From NCBI GenBank assembly GCA_942493105.1, contig OW818668.1, positions 540,001 to 572,000 of the forward strand: a stretch of DNA of 32,000 nucleotides, read 5' to 3'. The notes under the pieces were generated by a model. The model did no database searches, had not been told where the DNA came from, and worked only from the letters and a program-made list of their open reading frames with translations. Positions 1 to 7,733 of the stretch are shown one piece after another. Source of the stretch: an uncultured Erysipelotrichaceae bacterium (lineage in GTDB: Bacteria > Bacillota_I > Bacilli_A > Erysipelotrichales > Erysipelotrichaceae). Position 1 is the first letter of the stretch, and the number at the start of each line of letters is the position of its first letter. The translations under genes and the position numbers were made by a program.

Positions 1-71
1 TTTCACTAAACTGTTTATAATTGTTCAAATTTAACGAAACATTTTTCAAAAAATTGAGTTATTCAACCATG

Positions 72-935
72 CTACTTTTCTTCTTTTTTATGTAACTTTA
101 TGTTGAGCTTTCCTAACTGCTTTCCTAGTTTTTGGGCTAGATCTTTAGTTGTGTCCATCGTTTCTTTTGAAATGTCCTTGGTAACTTTACCAATCTTGTC
201 CATATTCTGGGCTAAGTTTTTAGTTGTATCTATCGTTGCTGCAGATAAATCTTTTGCGAAGTCTTTGGTAGCTTTTTCAAATTTTTCTTTCGCTTCTTGT
301 TTTTCTTCTTCTTTTTTGATCTGTATAGATTTGCTTTCTAAAATGACTTCATCCGTTACATAATAAAGCCAAACTCGTTCACCATTTTTTAGTTTCGGCC
401 CGATTTTTTGGTTATTTGGATAAGTGACTCTTGTAACCTGACCATCTTCTTTATTCGCAAAACTTAAGTTGGGTGTTTCAATTTTCTCAGAAACCCTTAA
501 GCCCAAACTTTCAAGATCTTCTCGTGCTTCATATCTATTAAGCCCAATGACCATTGGAATACTGAACTCACTTAATGCACTTCCCAATAAGTCTTTACTC
601 TTTTCAATCACTTCTTGAGTGAGATAGTAAACCTTAACTGCTGTTCCTGGACTTACTCTTGATCCAAACTTAGGTTCTGAACTCGTAACTTTGTTTTCAC
701 TCTCATCTGCATACGCAATATTTGGTTTCGCAATGGCAAATGTTGGAAGCAAGTGAAGTTCATTAAGAACTCGAGTTGCTTCTTCAATGTATACATCCTT
801 TAAATCTGGAATTTTAATGAGTGCTTTCTGTTGTTCATAGGCATCAGAACCTATTTTCAAACCTAAATCTATAACTTCCGGTACTTTTTCTGCAAGTGCA
901 TCTACACTTTTTAATGCTGACTTAATCAAACCCAT
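72..935 (-). CDS. Hypothetical protein with two PASTA-like domains and a Lys/Thr/Asp-rich repetitive C-terminal tail
   Basis: 287-aa ORF with SD-like GAGGGA about 7 nt upstream of the ATG at 935. Two ~65-aa segments fit the PASTA pattern (xPDhxG..eA...L...gL ... G.V....P..G..V..G..V.lyy): IPDLKDVYIEEATRVLNELHLLP...VSPGTAVKVYYL and IPMVIGLNRYEAREDLESLGLRV...LKNGERVWLYYV. The tail carries a duplicated (I/M)DTTK(N/D)LAQ motif. No TM helix or signal peptide visible. Confidence 0.6.
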   Translation of the reverse strand: MGLIKSALKSVDALAEKVPEVIDLGLKIGSDAYEQQKALIKIPDLKDVYIEEATRVLNELHLLPTFAIAKPNIAYADESENKVTSSEPKFGSRVSPGTAVKVYYLTQEVIEKSKDLLGSALSEFSIPMVIGLNRYEAREDLESLGLRVSEKIETPNLSFANKEDGQVTRVTYPNNQKIGPKLKNGERVWLYYVTDEVILESKSIQIKKEEEKQEAKEKFEKATKDFAKDLSAATIDTTKNLAQNMDKIGKVTKDISKETMDTTKDLAQKLGKQLGKLNIKLHKKEEK

Positions 936-1151
936 TTTAAAATCCCTCGCTTTCTAAAGTAGTTAAATGGTCATATGTTAAATTAATCATAACACCTCGA
1001 ATGTTAATTTGGACCATATAATAAAAGTTTAGATCTCATTCATATACCAGATTGAGTAAAGAAAAAAACATAATAAGTTCACCTATGCAGTTTAGTAATT
1101 TTAACTACACAATTTCAAATGTAAAATCTATAATTTGGAATGCTAATCTCG

Positions 1152-1271
1152 TTATAATGAATTCCTTCTTCTTGGTTCACCTTGATTGATTGCATTCTTC
1201 ATCAATGCTGCAATGATATAAAGTGGTAACAACACTATAACTATAAACACATTTCTTAGAAAGGTTTTCAT
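1152..1271 (-). CDS. Possible small hydrophobic peptide (39 aa: MKTFLRNVFIVIVLLPLYIIAALMKNAINQGEPRRRNSL)
   Basis: Hand-translated ORF below the ORF-track size cutoff. AAGGAA lies 7 nt upstream of the ATG at 1271. One predicted TM helix followed by a charged tail. No homology recognised, so it may be non-coding. Confidence 0.2.
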   Translation of the reverse strand: MKTFLRNVFIVIVLLPLYIIAALMKNAINQGEPRRRNSL

Positions 1272-1471
1272 TCACGGTTTCCTTTGTGGGTTCATATCAC
1301 TATCTTAGAATGTTTTGGTGTTCGCATTTTGGAATGTCCAAATCAAAGGACATTATTGCTTTGAGAATTAATTCATTCTGGATAAGAACTGCACTCCATA
1401 AATGGGAAGTTAAACATACTTACTTTCAGGAATAATATACTTAGAATCTTTTTCAAATTCAGAAGAGGCTG

Positions 1472-1527
1472 GGAACCAGTTCAATCTATAACATAAAAGG
1501 ACCCATGATAAATCTTGGTTCCTTTTT
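1472..1527 (+). terminator. Plus-strand hairpin plus T5 tract in the leader of the ABC exporter genes (terminator or attenuator candidate)
   Basis: GGAACCAG (1472-1479) pairs with CTTGGTTCC (1514-1522): 7 Watson-Crick pairs plus one G.U, followed by TTTTT (1523-1527). An alternative shorter hairpin, AAAAGGACCC (1495-1504) with GGTTCCTTTT (1517-1526), uses the same 3' arm. The T-run follows the hairpin only on the plus strand, and no plus-strand gene lies upstream. Confidence 0.35.
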
Positions 1528-1630
1528 ACTACAATTTATTATCAATCAAATCAATGATTTATCTATACACTATTTTGGGTAATGGTTATTGATATGCGTT
1601 AAAATATAAGAAAGAAATGAAAGCGTTGGG

Positions 1631-3391
1631 GTGAATGTGAAAAGATTTGGGCCACCTATTGGGAAAGAAACACTGATAAGGTATCTGTGGAAATATAAAT
1701 TCTTGTTTATTGTGTCTTCAATTGCAGGGATAATTTTTAATACAGCTGTAGTTTTGGGACCAATATTCCTGGGAAGACTGATTGATGCTTCTGCAAGTTC
1801 AACAACACAAGTCGTTTACCTTTCAGCCTTGTATTTTGTAGGAGTCACTGCTTTTTTTCAGTTCTCACGTTTTATAAAACGTTGGACCATGAGAGATCAG
1901 TTTAATCGTGTGGCTTGTGACTTAAGACAAACCCTTCTGGATCGAATATTGAGTTATAAACTACCTCAGCTTGATCAAGAAACCGTTGGGGATCTGATGT
2001 CTAGAACGGTTGGTGATATTACTTTAGTTGTGGATACGGTGATGTCTACGATCAATGAAGGATGGGACACTTGGTTATTGATGATTTCTTATTTTGTGGT
2101 CTTGATGGTTATGGATTGGAAGATCACATTATTGGCTTCACTTATGGTTCCAATTACATTAATGCTTGCCCATACGATGCGCAATCCCTTATATCGATGT
2201 TCTTTGGATGCGAGAAAATCAGCTTCTGCAGCCAATACAGGACTTCAACGCTATCTAAGTGCCATCTCTGTCCTTCGCTTATTTGGCAGAGAAGAATCTG
2301 AGACTGAAAGTATCGTTGAGGCTTATCGTCAACAAGCTCACTTTAACATCAAACAGATTTTACTTGAACAATCGCTATTACCGCTCTATGCCCTTTTAGC
2401 GGGTCTAGGGGTCGTTATTGTGATTGGGTTGGGTGGAGCAAATGTACATCAAGGAATATGGACTGTAGGTTCCTTTAATGCCTATATGGTGATGTTTATT
2501 GCTTTCTCAGGAAGAACCAGAGTGGCTGCACAAGTATTTAATCGTTGGCATGGGGCAAGAGCTGCTTGGCAACGTGTCAAAGAGAAAATGATACCTGTGT
2601 CGTACGTTGAAACAGATCATAAATCTGTTGATTCATTAAAGGTAAATCAATTAAAAGTAGCTCATCTTAATGTCTCCTATGGTTCTAAGCAGGTCTTAAA
2701 AGATCTTTCTTTTGAAGTAAAATCAGGTGAGATCATTGGCCTTACCGGGGCTGTAGGCTCTGGTAAATCCTCTTTGATCAATGTGCTGACAGGTCAATAC
2801 CCTTATGATGGGGACATCTTCCTAGACTCTAGATCCTTAAGAGAACTACCTGATGAAAGCAAACAGTCGATGATTGGTTATTCTGGTCATGAACAATTCT
2901 TGTTTTCTATGAGTATTGAAGAAAACATCAAGCTGTCACTGAACCCTCAAGAAGATGAAAATAAGATTACTGATTGTTTGATCACTTCTGCTTTGATCGA
3001 AGATTTGGATCGCTTTGATGAAGGGTTAAAAACTCAAGTCGGTGAAAAAGGGCTTAAGGTATCTGGAGGTCAACGGCAACGTATATCTATGGCTCGCGCC
3101 ATCTATCATAAACCTGCCATTGTCTTGCTGGACGACCCTTTTTCAGCTTTGGATATCGCTACTGAACAACGCATTGTTAAACGCTTAAAAGAAGATTTTA
3201 AGGATCAGATCGTGGTGATCGCAACGCATCGCTTAAGTGCTTTTGAACATGTCGATAAGATACTCGTACTTGATCAAGGGTGTTTGATTGAAAGCGGAAC
3301 CCATCAAGAATTGATGCACCAAAATGAGCTCTATCATGAAATTTATAGTGCTCAGCAATTTATGGAAAGAGGGCAAGCTCATGGGTCGTAA
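1631..3391 (+). CDS. ABC exporter, fused permease/ATPase subunit (heterodimer partner with degenerate catalytic motifs)
   Basis: 586 aa with an N-terminal 6-TM exporter-type domain. Walker A GAVGSGKSS; canonical signature VSGGQRQR; Walker B IVLLDD with Asp in place of the catalytic Glu; Q-loop position reads H (IGYSGHEQFLF); H-loop ATHRLS. GTG start at 1631 (alternative GTG at 1637), with no clear SD. Confidence 0.9.
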   Translation: MNVKRFGPPIGKETLIRYLWKYKFLFIVSSIAGIIFNTAVVLGPIFLGRLIDASASSTTQVVYLSALYFVGVTAFFQFSRFIKRWTMRDQFNRVACDLRQTLLDRILSYKLPQLDQETVGDLMSRTVGDITLVVDTVMSTINEGWDTWLLMISYFVVLMVMDWKITLLASLMVPITLMLAHTMRNPLYRCSLDARKSASAANTGLQRYLSAISVLRLFGREESETESIVEAYRQQAHFNIKQILLEQSLLPLYALLAGLGVVIVIGLGGANVHQGIWTVGSFNAYMVMFIAFSGRTRVAAQVFNRWHGARAAWQRVKEKMIPVSYVETDHKSVDSLKVNQLKVAHLNVSYGSKQVLKDLSFEVKSGEIIGLTGAVGSGKSSLINVLTGQYPYDGDIFLDSRSLRELPDESKQSMIGYSGHEQFLFSMSIEENIKLSLNPQEDENKITDCLITSALIEDLDRFDEGLKTQVGEKGLKVSGGQRQRISMARAIYHKPAIVLLDDPFSALDIATEQRIVKRLKEDFKDQIVVIATHRLSAFEHVDKILVLDQGCLIESGTHQELMHQNELYHEIYSAQQFMERGQAHGS

Positions 3392-5156
3392 GAAACAAAG
3401 CTTTAACTTCTTGAGAATTGCTCTTAAAACTGTTATCAAACGTCATCGTTTAATATTCTTACTTTTGCTTATTACTGTAGGTTTGGGGGCTGTTGTAACG
3501 GTATGGCCTTCTTTGGTCTTAAGACAAATCGTTGATGGTCCTTTAACGTCAGGACAAGGTGTTTTATGGAACTTGGCTTTTACTTATTTGTTGGCTGTAT
3601 TGACGATTGGGATTCTTGATTTTATCAGAGGGATCAGTGCCACTGTGATTGGTCAACGCATGCTTTTAGATTTGAGGCAACAAATGCTTAAGCATCTTCA
3701 AAACTTGCCTATGAAATTCTATCTTAATGTCCCTGTTGGAGTCACACTCTCTAAGTTTACTGCGGATGTAGATGCCGTAAACACCTTGTTTTCAGCAGGA
3801 TTGATTAGTGCAAGTGCGGATCTGCTTAAAATCTTTGGGCTCTTGATCACTTTGTTTTTGCTCTCTAATACACTAGGAATTCTTGCGATGATTTCATTGC
3901 CACTCATATTTTTACTCTCCAATTTCTTTCGAAAGAACATCTATAAAAAACAGAGAATAGTAAGGAAAAAGGTTTCAGACATCAATACCAGTATTCAAGA
4001 AATCTATTCTGGTGTAAAGGTCATCAAAGTATTTGGTAAAGAACCTTTGTTTTCAAAACAGTTTGAAGATAAACTTGAAGCACATCGATTGGCCATGAAT
4101 GGAAGCAGTATTTATGATGCTTGGTTCCCTTGTGTCATGCAAGTCGTAAGAGCCGTTGTGATTGCCTCAGCTTTGGTTATAGGAGCACGAAACAATGGTA
4201 CAAGCCTTGCCTTAGGTTTATCTATTGGTACTTTAGCTGCGACAGCTGATTTATTTATTCGCTTGTTTGAACCCATTGATGCGATTGCCTCTGAATTATT
4301 GACCATTCAACAAGCCATGGCAGGTTTGGATCGTATTGAAAGCTTCTTTAATGAACCTGTTGAAATTAATTTGAATAGTGAGCATGTCAATGCTGGTTCA
4401 ATCCATCAACCAACTCATGGTGACGTTGTGTTAGATCAGGTCGACTTTGAATACGTTGAAGGAATCAAAGTCATTGATCATGCATCTTTGATTATCAAAA
4501 CCGGAACTAAAGTTGCGATTGCCGGAAGAACAGGTTCTGGTAAATCAACCTTGATGTCTCTGATTGCTGGACTTTATCCTGTAAAAAGCGGATCGATCAC
4601 CATTGGTGGCTTAGATCCATTTATGCTTCCCGCAACTGAGCGACGGAAGTTAATCGGTATCGTACCTCAAAACATCCAATTGTTTAATGGATCCATTCTA
4701 GATAACATCACCCTTAGAGATAAAAGCATTTCGGTTGAACAAGCTTGGAATTCTCTAGAAACCGTTGGATTAGATCAAGTCGTCAGAGAACTAGAAATGG
4801 GCATTGATACAAAGATCGGTGAAGGTGAATCAAAACTGTCTTATGGTCAAACTCAACTGCTTTCACTGGCCAGAGCGATCGTCACAAACCCACCTTTGCT
4901 TTTATTAGATGAATTAACATCAGGGCTTGATGCCTTAACTGAAAAAACCATATTAAAAGCCATTAGGCTTGTGAGTACCAATCGTACCATCATTACCATA
5001 AGTCATCGATTATCTGGAGTCATAGATGCTGAAATGGTTCATATCATGGATTCAGGACGAATCATGGAAAGCGGAACTCCTCAAGAGCTTACTGAAAAAG
5101 AAGGATGGTACGCTATTTACAAACGATTAGAAACACTGGGATGGAAGTTGAACTGA
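3381..5156 (+). CDS. ABC exporter, fused permease/ATPase subunit (heterodimer partner with degenerate signature motif)
   Basis: The ORF track starts at 3324. The ATG at 3381 is preferred because GGAAAGAGGG lies upstream and it overlaps the upstream stop by 11 nt, suggesting translational coupling. Walker A GRTGSGKST; Q-loop VPQN; signature LSYGQ (degenerate form of LSGGQ); Walker B LLLLDE; H-loop SHRLS. Confidence 0.9.
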   Translation: MGRKKQSFNFLRIALKTVIKRHRLIFLLLLITVGLGAVVTVWPSLVLRQIVDGPLTSGQGVLWNLAFTYLLAVLTIGILDFIRGISATVIGQRMLLDLRQQMLKHLQNLPMKFYLNVPVGVTLSKFTADVDAVNTLFSAGLISASADLLKIFGLLITLFLLSNTLGILAMISLPLIFLLSNFFRKNIYKKQRIVRKKVSDINTSIQEIYSGVKVIKVFGKEPLFSKQFEDKLEAHRLAMNGSSIYDAWFPCVMQVVRAVVIASALVIGARNNGTSLALGLSIGTLAATADLFIRLFEPIDAIASELLTIQQAMAGLDRIESFFNEPVEINLNSEHVNAGSIHQPTHGDVVLDQVDFEYVEGIKVIDHASLIIKTGTKVAIAGRTGSGKSTLMSLIAGLYPVKSGSITIGGLDPFMLPATERRKLIGIVPQNIQLFNGSILDNITLRDKSISVEQAWNSLETVGLDQVVRELEMGIDTKIGEGESKLSYGQTQLLSLARAIVTNPPLLLLDELTSGLDALTEKTILKAIRLVSTNRTIITISHRLSGVIDAEMVHIMDSGRIMESGTPQELTEKEGWYAIYKRLETLGWKLN

Positions 5157-5255
5157 AACTATAAGAACCCAGTTTATTTCATTGATTATTAGTGTTCTTA
5201 TATGAACATGCCTATAATGTATACACGACATAATGAAAAGTATTTATTCAATATC

Positions 5256-5280
5256 TTGTTTTTGATTTACTCAAAAACAA
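5256..5280. terminator. AT-rich inverted repeat between convergent genes (weak bidirectional terminator candidate)
   Basis: TTGTTTTTGA (5256-5265), loop TTTAC, TCAAAAACAA (5271-5280): a perfect 10-bp stem but almost all A/T. It sits between the ABC gene stop (5156) and the NTase gene stop (5309). Confidence 0.3.
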
Positions 5281-5308
5281 CCTACTATTAATCGTTATAT
5301 CGATCGTG

Positions 5309-6031
5309 TTACTTCTTTTGCTCTCTTTTGTTTTGAATGGATTTCAAAATTTCATCTAAATTTTCTTTAGTGATCTTTTCAGTAGAATTTTTTTCAAAAT
5401 CAATCAAAGCAGCACGATTCTCAATTTCTTCAACTCGAATTTGTGAATACAAAGATTCGAGGTCCCCATTTTCGATGATTTGATTAAATAGATTCCATGT
5501 TGATGATTTAACTCTATCAAGAGTGCCATACAGGATAAGCACAGCAGCTTTAATTTTTTCTAAGGTTAGCGGTTCATTTTGGTTTCTACTTTCATGCAGA
5601 ATTCCAACGATGTCTGAAATGTCGTTCTTATGCATTCTTCCTGCTACCAATTTCATGGCAACTAAAAACTCTGCCCGAATCGTTCTGACCGAAATTATAT
5701 TTAGATAGTCATTATAGTGTACCGAGTTTATTCTCAGTTGATTAGAATAAGATGAAGACTTCACAAAATCAGAGTTGAGCCAGTGAGGACTCAAATTATA
5801 CTTCTCTGCAACTACCTTAATAGCATCCTTTAAAACATCAGGTGCCAAAAACAAACCATCAACATCCGTCGTTGAAATTCTAAAACTATAGTTGAGCAGA
5901 ATGGCTGCCCCACCGATCAAAACAATTTCAAGATTGGATGCATTTTTCTTTGCTATCCGTTTATAAGTTTTGGCCAACTCATAAAAATACTTTTCAAGAT
6001 CTTCTTTGGTTATTTCTTTCTCAAATGACAT
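5309..6031 (-). CDS. Nucleotidyltransferase-fold protein, AbiEii/DUF1814-like (putative toxin of a type IV TA/Abi-like pair)
   Basis: 240 aa. LIGGAAILLNYSFRISTTDVDGLF fits the pol-beta/AbiEii NTase motif I (GG-x-A...R-x-T-x-D-x-D). MKLVAGRMHKNDISDIVGIL fits AbiEii motif III (K..A..R...KD..D). HWLNSDF resembles the conserved WLN segment. The ATG at 6031 overlaps the upstream gene's stop by 11 nt. Confidence 0.6.
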   Translation of the reverse strand: MSFEKEITKEDLEKYFYELAKTYKRIAKKNASNLEIVLIGGAAILLNYSFRISTTDVDGLFLAPDVLKDAIKVVAEKYNLSPHWLNSDFVKSSSYSNQLRINSVHYNDYLNIISVRTIRAEFLVAMKLVAGRMHKNDISDIVGILHESRNQNEPLTLEKIKAAVLILYGTLDRVKSSTWNLFNQIIENGDLESLYSQIRVEEIENRAALIDFEKNSTEKITKENLDEILKSIQNKREQKK

Positions 6032-6602
6032 TGCGAATCTCGTTTTCTACGATGTTGAATCGTTTAAATTCAGGAATCGAAGCTTGGTAATAATCAGCTA
6101 CGAGTTGTTTGTTTTGTTTAAACTCCTTAGCTACGATCAAACTTGCTGGATAAATGATTCTATTCAATTTTGATTTTCTTAAGTTTTCATATTTAGAATA
6201 GAGCGGAATATCATTTAAACGGCTCAGATAGTCCACCATAGCCAATGTGTAAAGTGCCTCTGGATACCATTTTCTTTCCATATAGGTGGATATGAGGTCG
6301 GACTTTAAAGTATTTTCAATAAAGGTCAAATCATCTGTCTCATGTATTCTATGTTTCATATTGCTTTTAAACGTTTCAAGATCTGTTCTGAAGGGTTCAT
6401 CATGCGTATTAGTGAACTCGATCAATGCCTCAACTGTCGTATTTAACGTTTTGGCAATCTTATATACAACTTCAGTCGATGACTTATTTAAACTCGTTTT
6501 CTCATTAAAAAGATCCGAGATTGTAGAATAAGGGATTTGAGTCAAATTTGAAAGTTGATACTTGGTTATATTCTTTTCTTCTAAAAGTGAATTGAGTTTC
6601 AT
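6021..6602 (-). CDS. XRE-family helix-turn-helix protein with an unrecognised ~125-aa C-terminal domain (putative antitoxin/autoregulator)
   Basis: 193 aa. The N-terminus (LLEEKNITKYQLSNLTQIPYSTISDLFNEKTSLNKSSTEVVYKIAKTLNTTVEALIEF) is a typical Cro/C1-type HTH. I do not recognise the C-terminal domain, and it has no HEPN Rx4-6H motif. AAGGAGG lies upstream of the ATG at 6602. Confidence 0.7.
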   Translation of the reverse strand: MKLNSLLEEKNITKYQLSNLTQIPYSTISDLFNEKTSLNKSSTEVVYKIAKTLNTTVEALIEFTNTHDEPFRTDLETFKSNMKHRIHETDDLTFIENTLKSDLISTYMERKWYPEALYTLAMVDYLSRLNDIPLYSKYENLRKSKLNRIIYPASLIVAKEFKQNKQLVADYYQASIPEFKRFNIVENEIRNVI

Positions 6603-6624
6603 TGTCAGTCATCCTCCTTAACAT

Positions 6625-6654
6625 CACTATAACGGTATGCCGTTATAGTGTCAA
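6625..6654 (-). promoter_or_regulatory. Near-consensus sigma-A promoter (TTGACA-17-TATAGT) overlapped by an 11-bp perfect inverted repeat (operator candidate)
   Basis: Minus strand reads TTGACA (6654-6649), a 17-nt spacer, then TATAGT (6631-6626). The inverted repeat CACTATAACGG-N4-CCGTTATAGTG (6625-6650) spans the spacer and both hexamers. The HTH gene's ATG is about 25 nt downstream. Confidence 0.65.
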
Positions 6655-6718
6655 CACAAACGTTTGGTTGTTAATAATTATATCCTACTTACTAGATACG
6701 CAATAAATCACCGATCTC

Positions 6719-6747
6719 ATAAAAACAGACATCGTTGGATGTCTGTT
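6719..6747 (-). terminator. Rho-independent terminator downstream of the AEC permease gene
   Basis: AACAGACATC (6724-6733), loop GTTG, GATGTCTGTT (6738-6747). On the minus strand the stem is followed by TTTTTAT. Confidence 0.7.
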
Positions 6748-6769
6748 AAGTGTCAATTTTTACTAGAGA

Positions 6770-7708
6770 TTAAATCAACTTCGCAAATCTTAAAGCAAAC
6801 AGGAAGATGAAGAAAGAGACACTGGTCAATAAGGTAGAGAATACAAGGAGTTGTGAAGCCAACTCATGATCATTATTGAATTGTCGTGCCATGGCATAAC
6901 TGGTAATCGCGGTTGGTGAACAAAGTAGCGTTACGATAACGATCAATTGTGCTCCTCTTAAACCAATCATAAAACCCAAAACCAAGAAAAGTGCCGGTAA
7001 AACTAAGAATTTCATAAAGATGGTCCAAAAGATATAGACCTTATTTTCAGCGAAATATTCGATCTTGAAACTGCCTCCCAAAACGATCAATGCGAAGGTC
7101 GTGGTCATGGATGAGATATCACTGAGGACTTTAGCGATAGGAAGTGGAAAACCAATCTTGAATACCGCAAAAAAGATCCCGAGCAATGATGCGATGATCA
7201 ATGGATTCTTTAGGATCGAAAGCACGACTTTACCTAGCTTTGGTTTTTCGCCTCCATAGAAAGATAAAATAACAACGGCTAGTAAATTATAAGTAGGAAC
7301 CATGAAGGAAGCCACAAACGCTACGATGGCTGCGCCTTGAGGTCCTACGACACTTACGGTGACAGGTAAACCAAACAACAGGTAATTGGCTCTAAAAGTC
7401 GCTTGGATGATGGCTCCAATTTTCTTCCTGTCTTTCACAAACATCGGGATGAAGATGACATAGGCAATGATGATGATAAATATCATCGATACAACAAATA
7501 GCATGAGCTTCAAATCAAAGAATTCACCTAGATTTGATTTATATACACTGTTGAAAAGTAAAATGGGCAATAAAAACTTTCCCACCATATCATTGGATAC
7601 AGATAAGAAATGTTCATCGACGGACTTTGTTTTCTTTAATAAAAAACCCAGAACCATGAAGATGATCAAAGGCAATACGATATTGATGGAGAAGATTAAA
7701 TCAGCCAT
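6770..7708 (-). CDS. AEC (auxin efflux carrier) family permease
   Basis: 312 aa, roughly 10 TM segments. The N-terminus (MADLIFSINIVLPLIIFMVLGFLLKK) and overall layout are typical of the AEC / malate-permease-like family. It lies 25 nt downstream of the dehydrogenase gene, so they are probably one operon. Confidence 0.8.
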   Translation of the reverse strand: MADLIFSINIVLPLIIFMVLGFLLKKTKSVDEHFLSVSNDMVGKFLLPILLFNSVYKSNLGEFFDLKLMLFVVSMIFIIIIAYVIFIPMFVKDRKKIGAIIQATFRANYLLFGLPVTVSVVGPQGAAIVAFVASFMVPTYNLLAVVILSFYGGEKPKLGKVVLSILKNPLIIASLLGIFFAVFKIGFPLPIAKVLSDISSMTTTFALIVLGGSFKIEYFAENKVYIFWTIFMKFLVLPALFLVLGFMIGLRGAQLIVIVTLLCSPTAITSYAMARQFNNDHELASQLLVFSTLLTSVSFFIFLFALRFAKLI

Positions 7709-7733
7709 AAGGAGTCTCGCTTTCTAAAGTTAC

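Noticed and set aside
100-363. 87-aa plus-strand ORF antisense to the PASTA-protein gene
   Set aside because: It lies entirely within the repetitive tail region of a better-supported minus-strand gene. The product is low-complexity (Ser/Phe/Val-rich mirror of the Lys/Glu-rich repeat), and it has no SD.
946-960. 15-nt identical motif CTCGCTTTCTAAAGT at 946-960 and 7716-7730, in both cases just upstream (minus strand) of a start codon
   Set aside because: A single 15-mer coincidence is roughly what chance predicts for all pairs in a 32-kb AT-rich window. There are only two copies and no associated structure. It is recorded in case a genome-wide count shows enrichment in 5' UTRs.
1310-1435. 41-aa plus-strand ORF (MFWCSHFGMSKSKD...) as a possible leader peptide for the ABC exporter
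   Set aside because: It has no SD, its composition is not suggestive, and it ends about 35 nt before the hairpin. The evidence is insufficient to call it.
3324-3380. N-terminal extensions offered by the ORF track (3324 for ABC subunit 2, 8675 for the dehydrogenase, 8855 for the regulator, 16066 for IIC, 18488 for rmuC, 19932 for GntR, 22536 for the peptidase)
   Set aside because: In each case a downstream ATG or GTG has a proper SD at 4-8 nt and yields the family-typical N-terminus. The extensions lack SDs or overlap upstream genes or promoters.
2062-4306. Nested or antisense ORFs inside the two ABC exporter genes (2062-2301 +, 3233-3439 -, 3719-3940 -, 4112-4306 -)
   Set aside because: They are out-of-frame or antisense within genes that have unambiguous ABC motifs. 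They are short, with no SD or recognisable motifs.
5523-7727. Antisense ORFs 5523-5708, 6286-6531, 7065-7259 and 7467-7727 (plus strand)
   Set aside because: They are embedded antisense in well-supported minus-strand genes, have biased composition and no translation signals.
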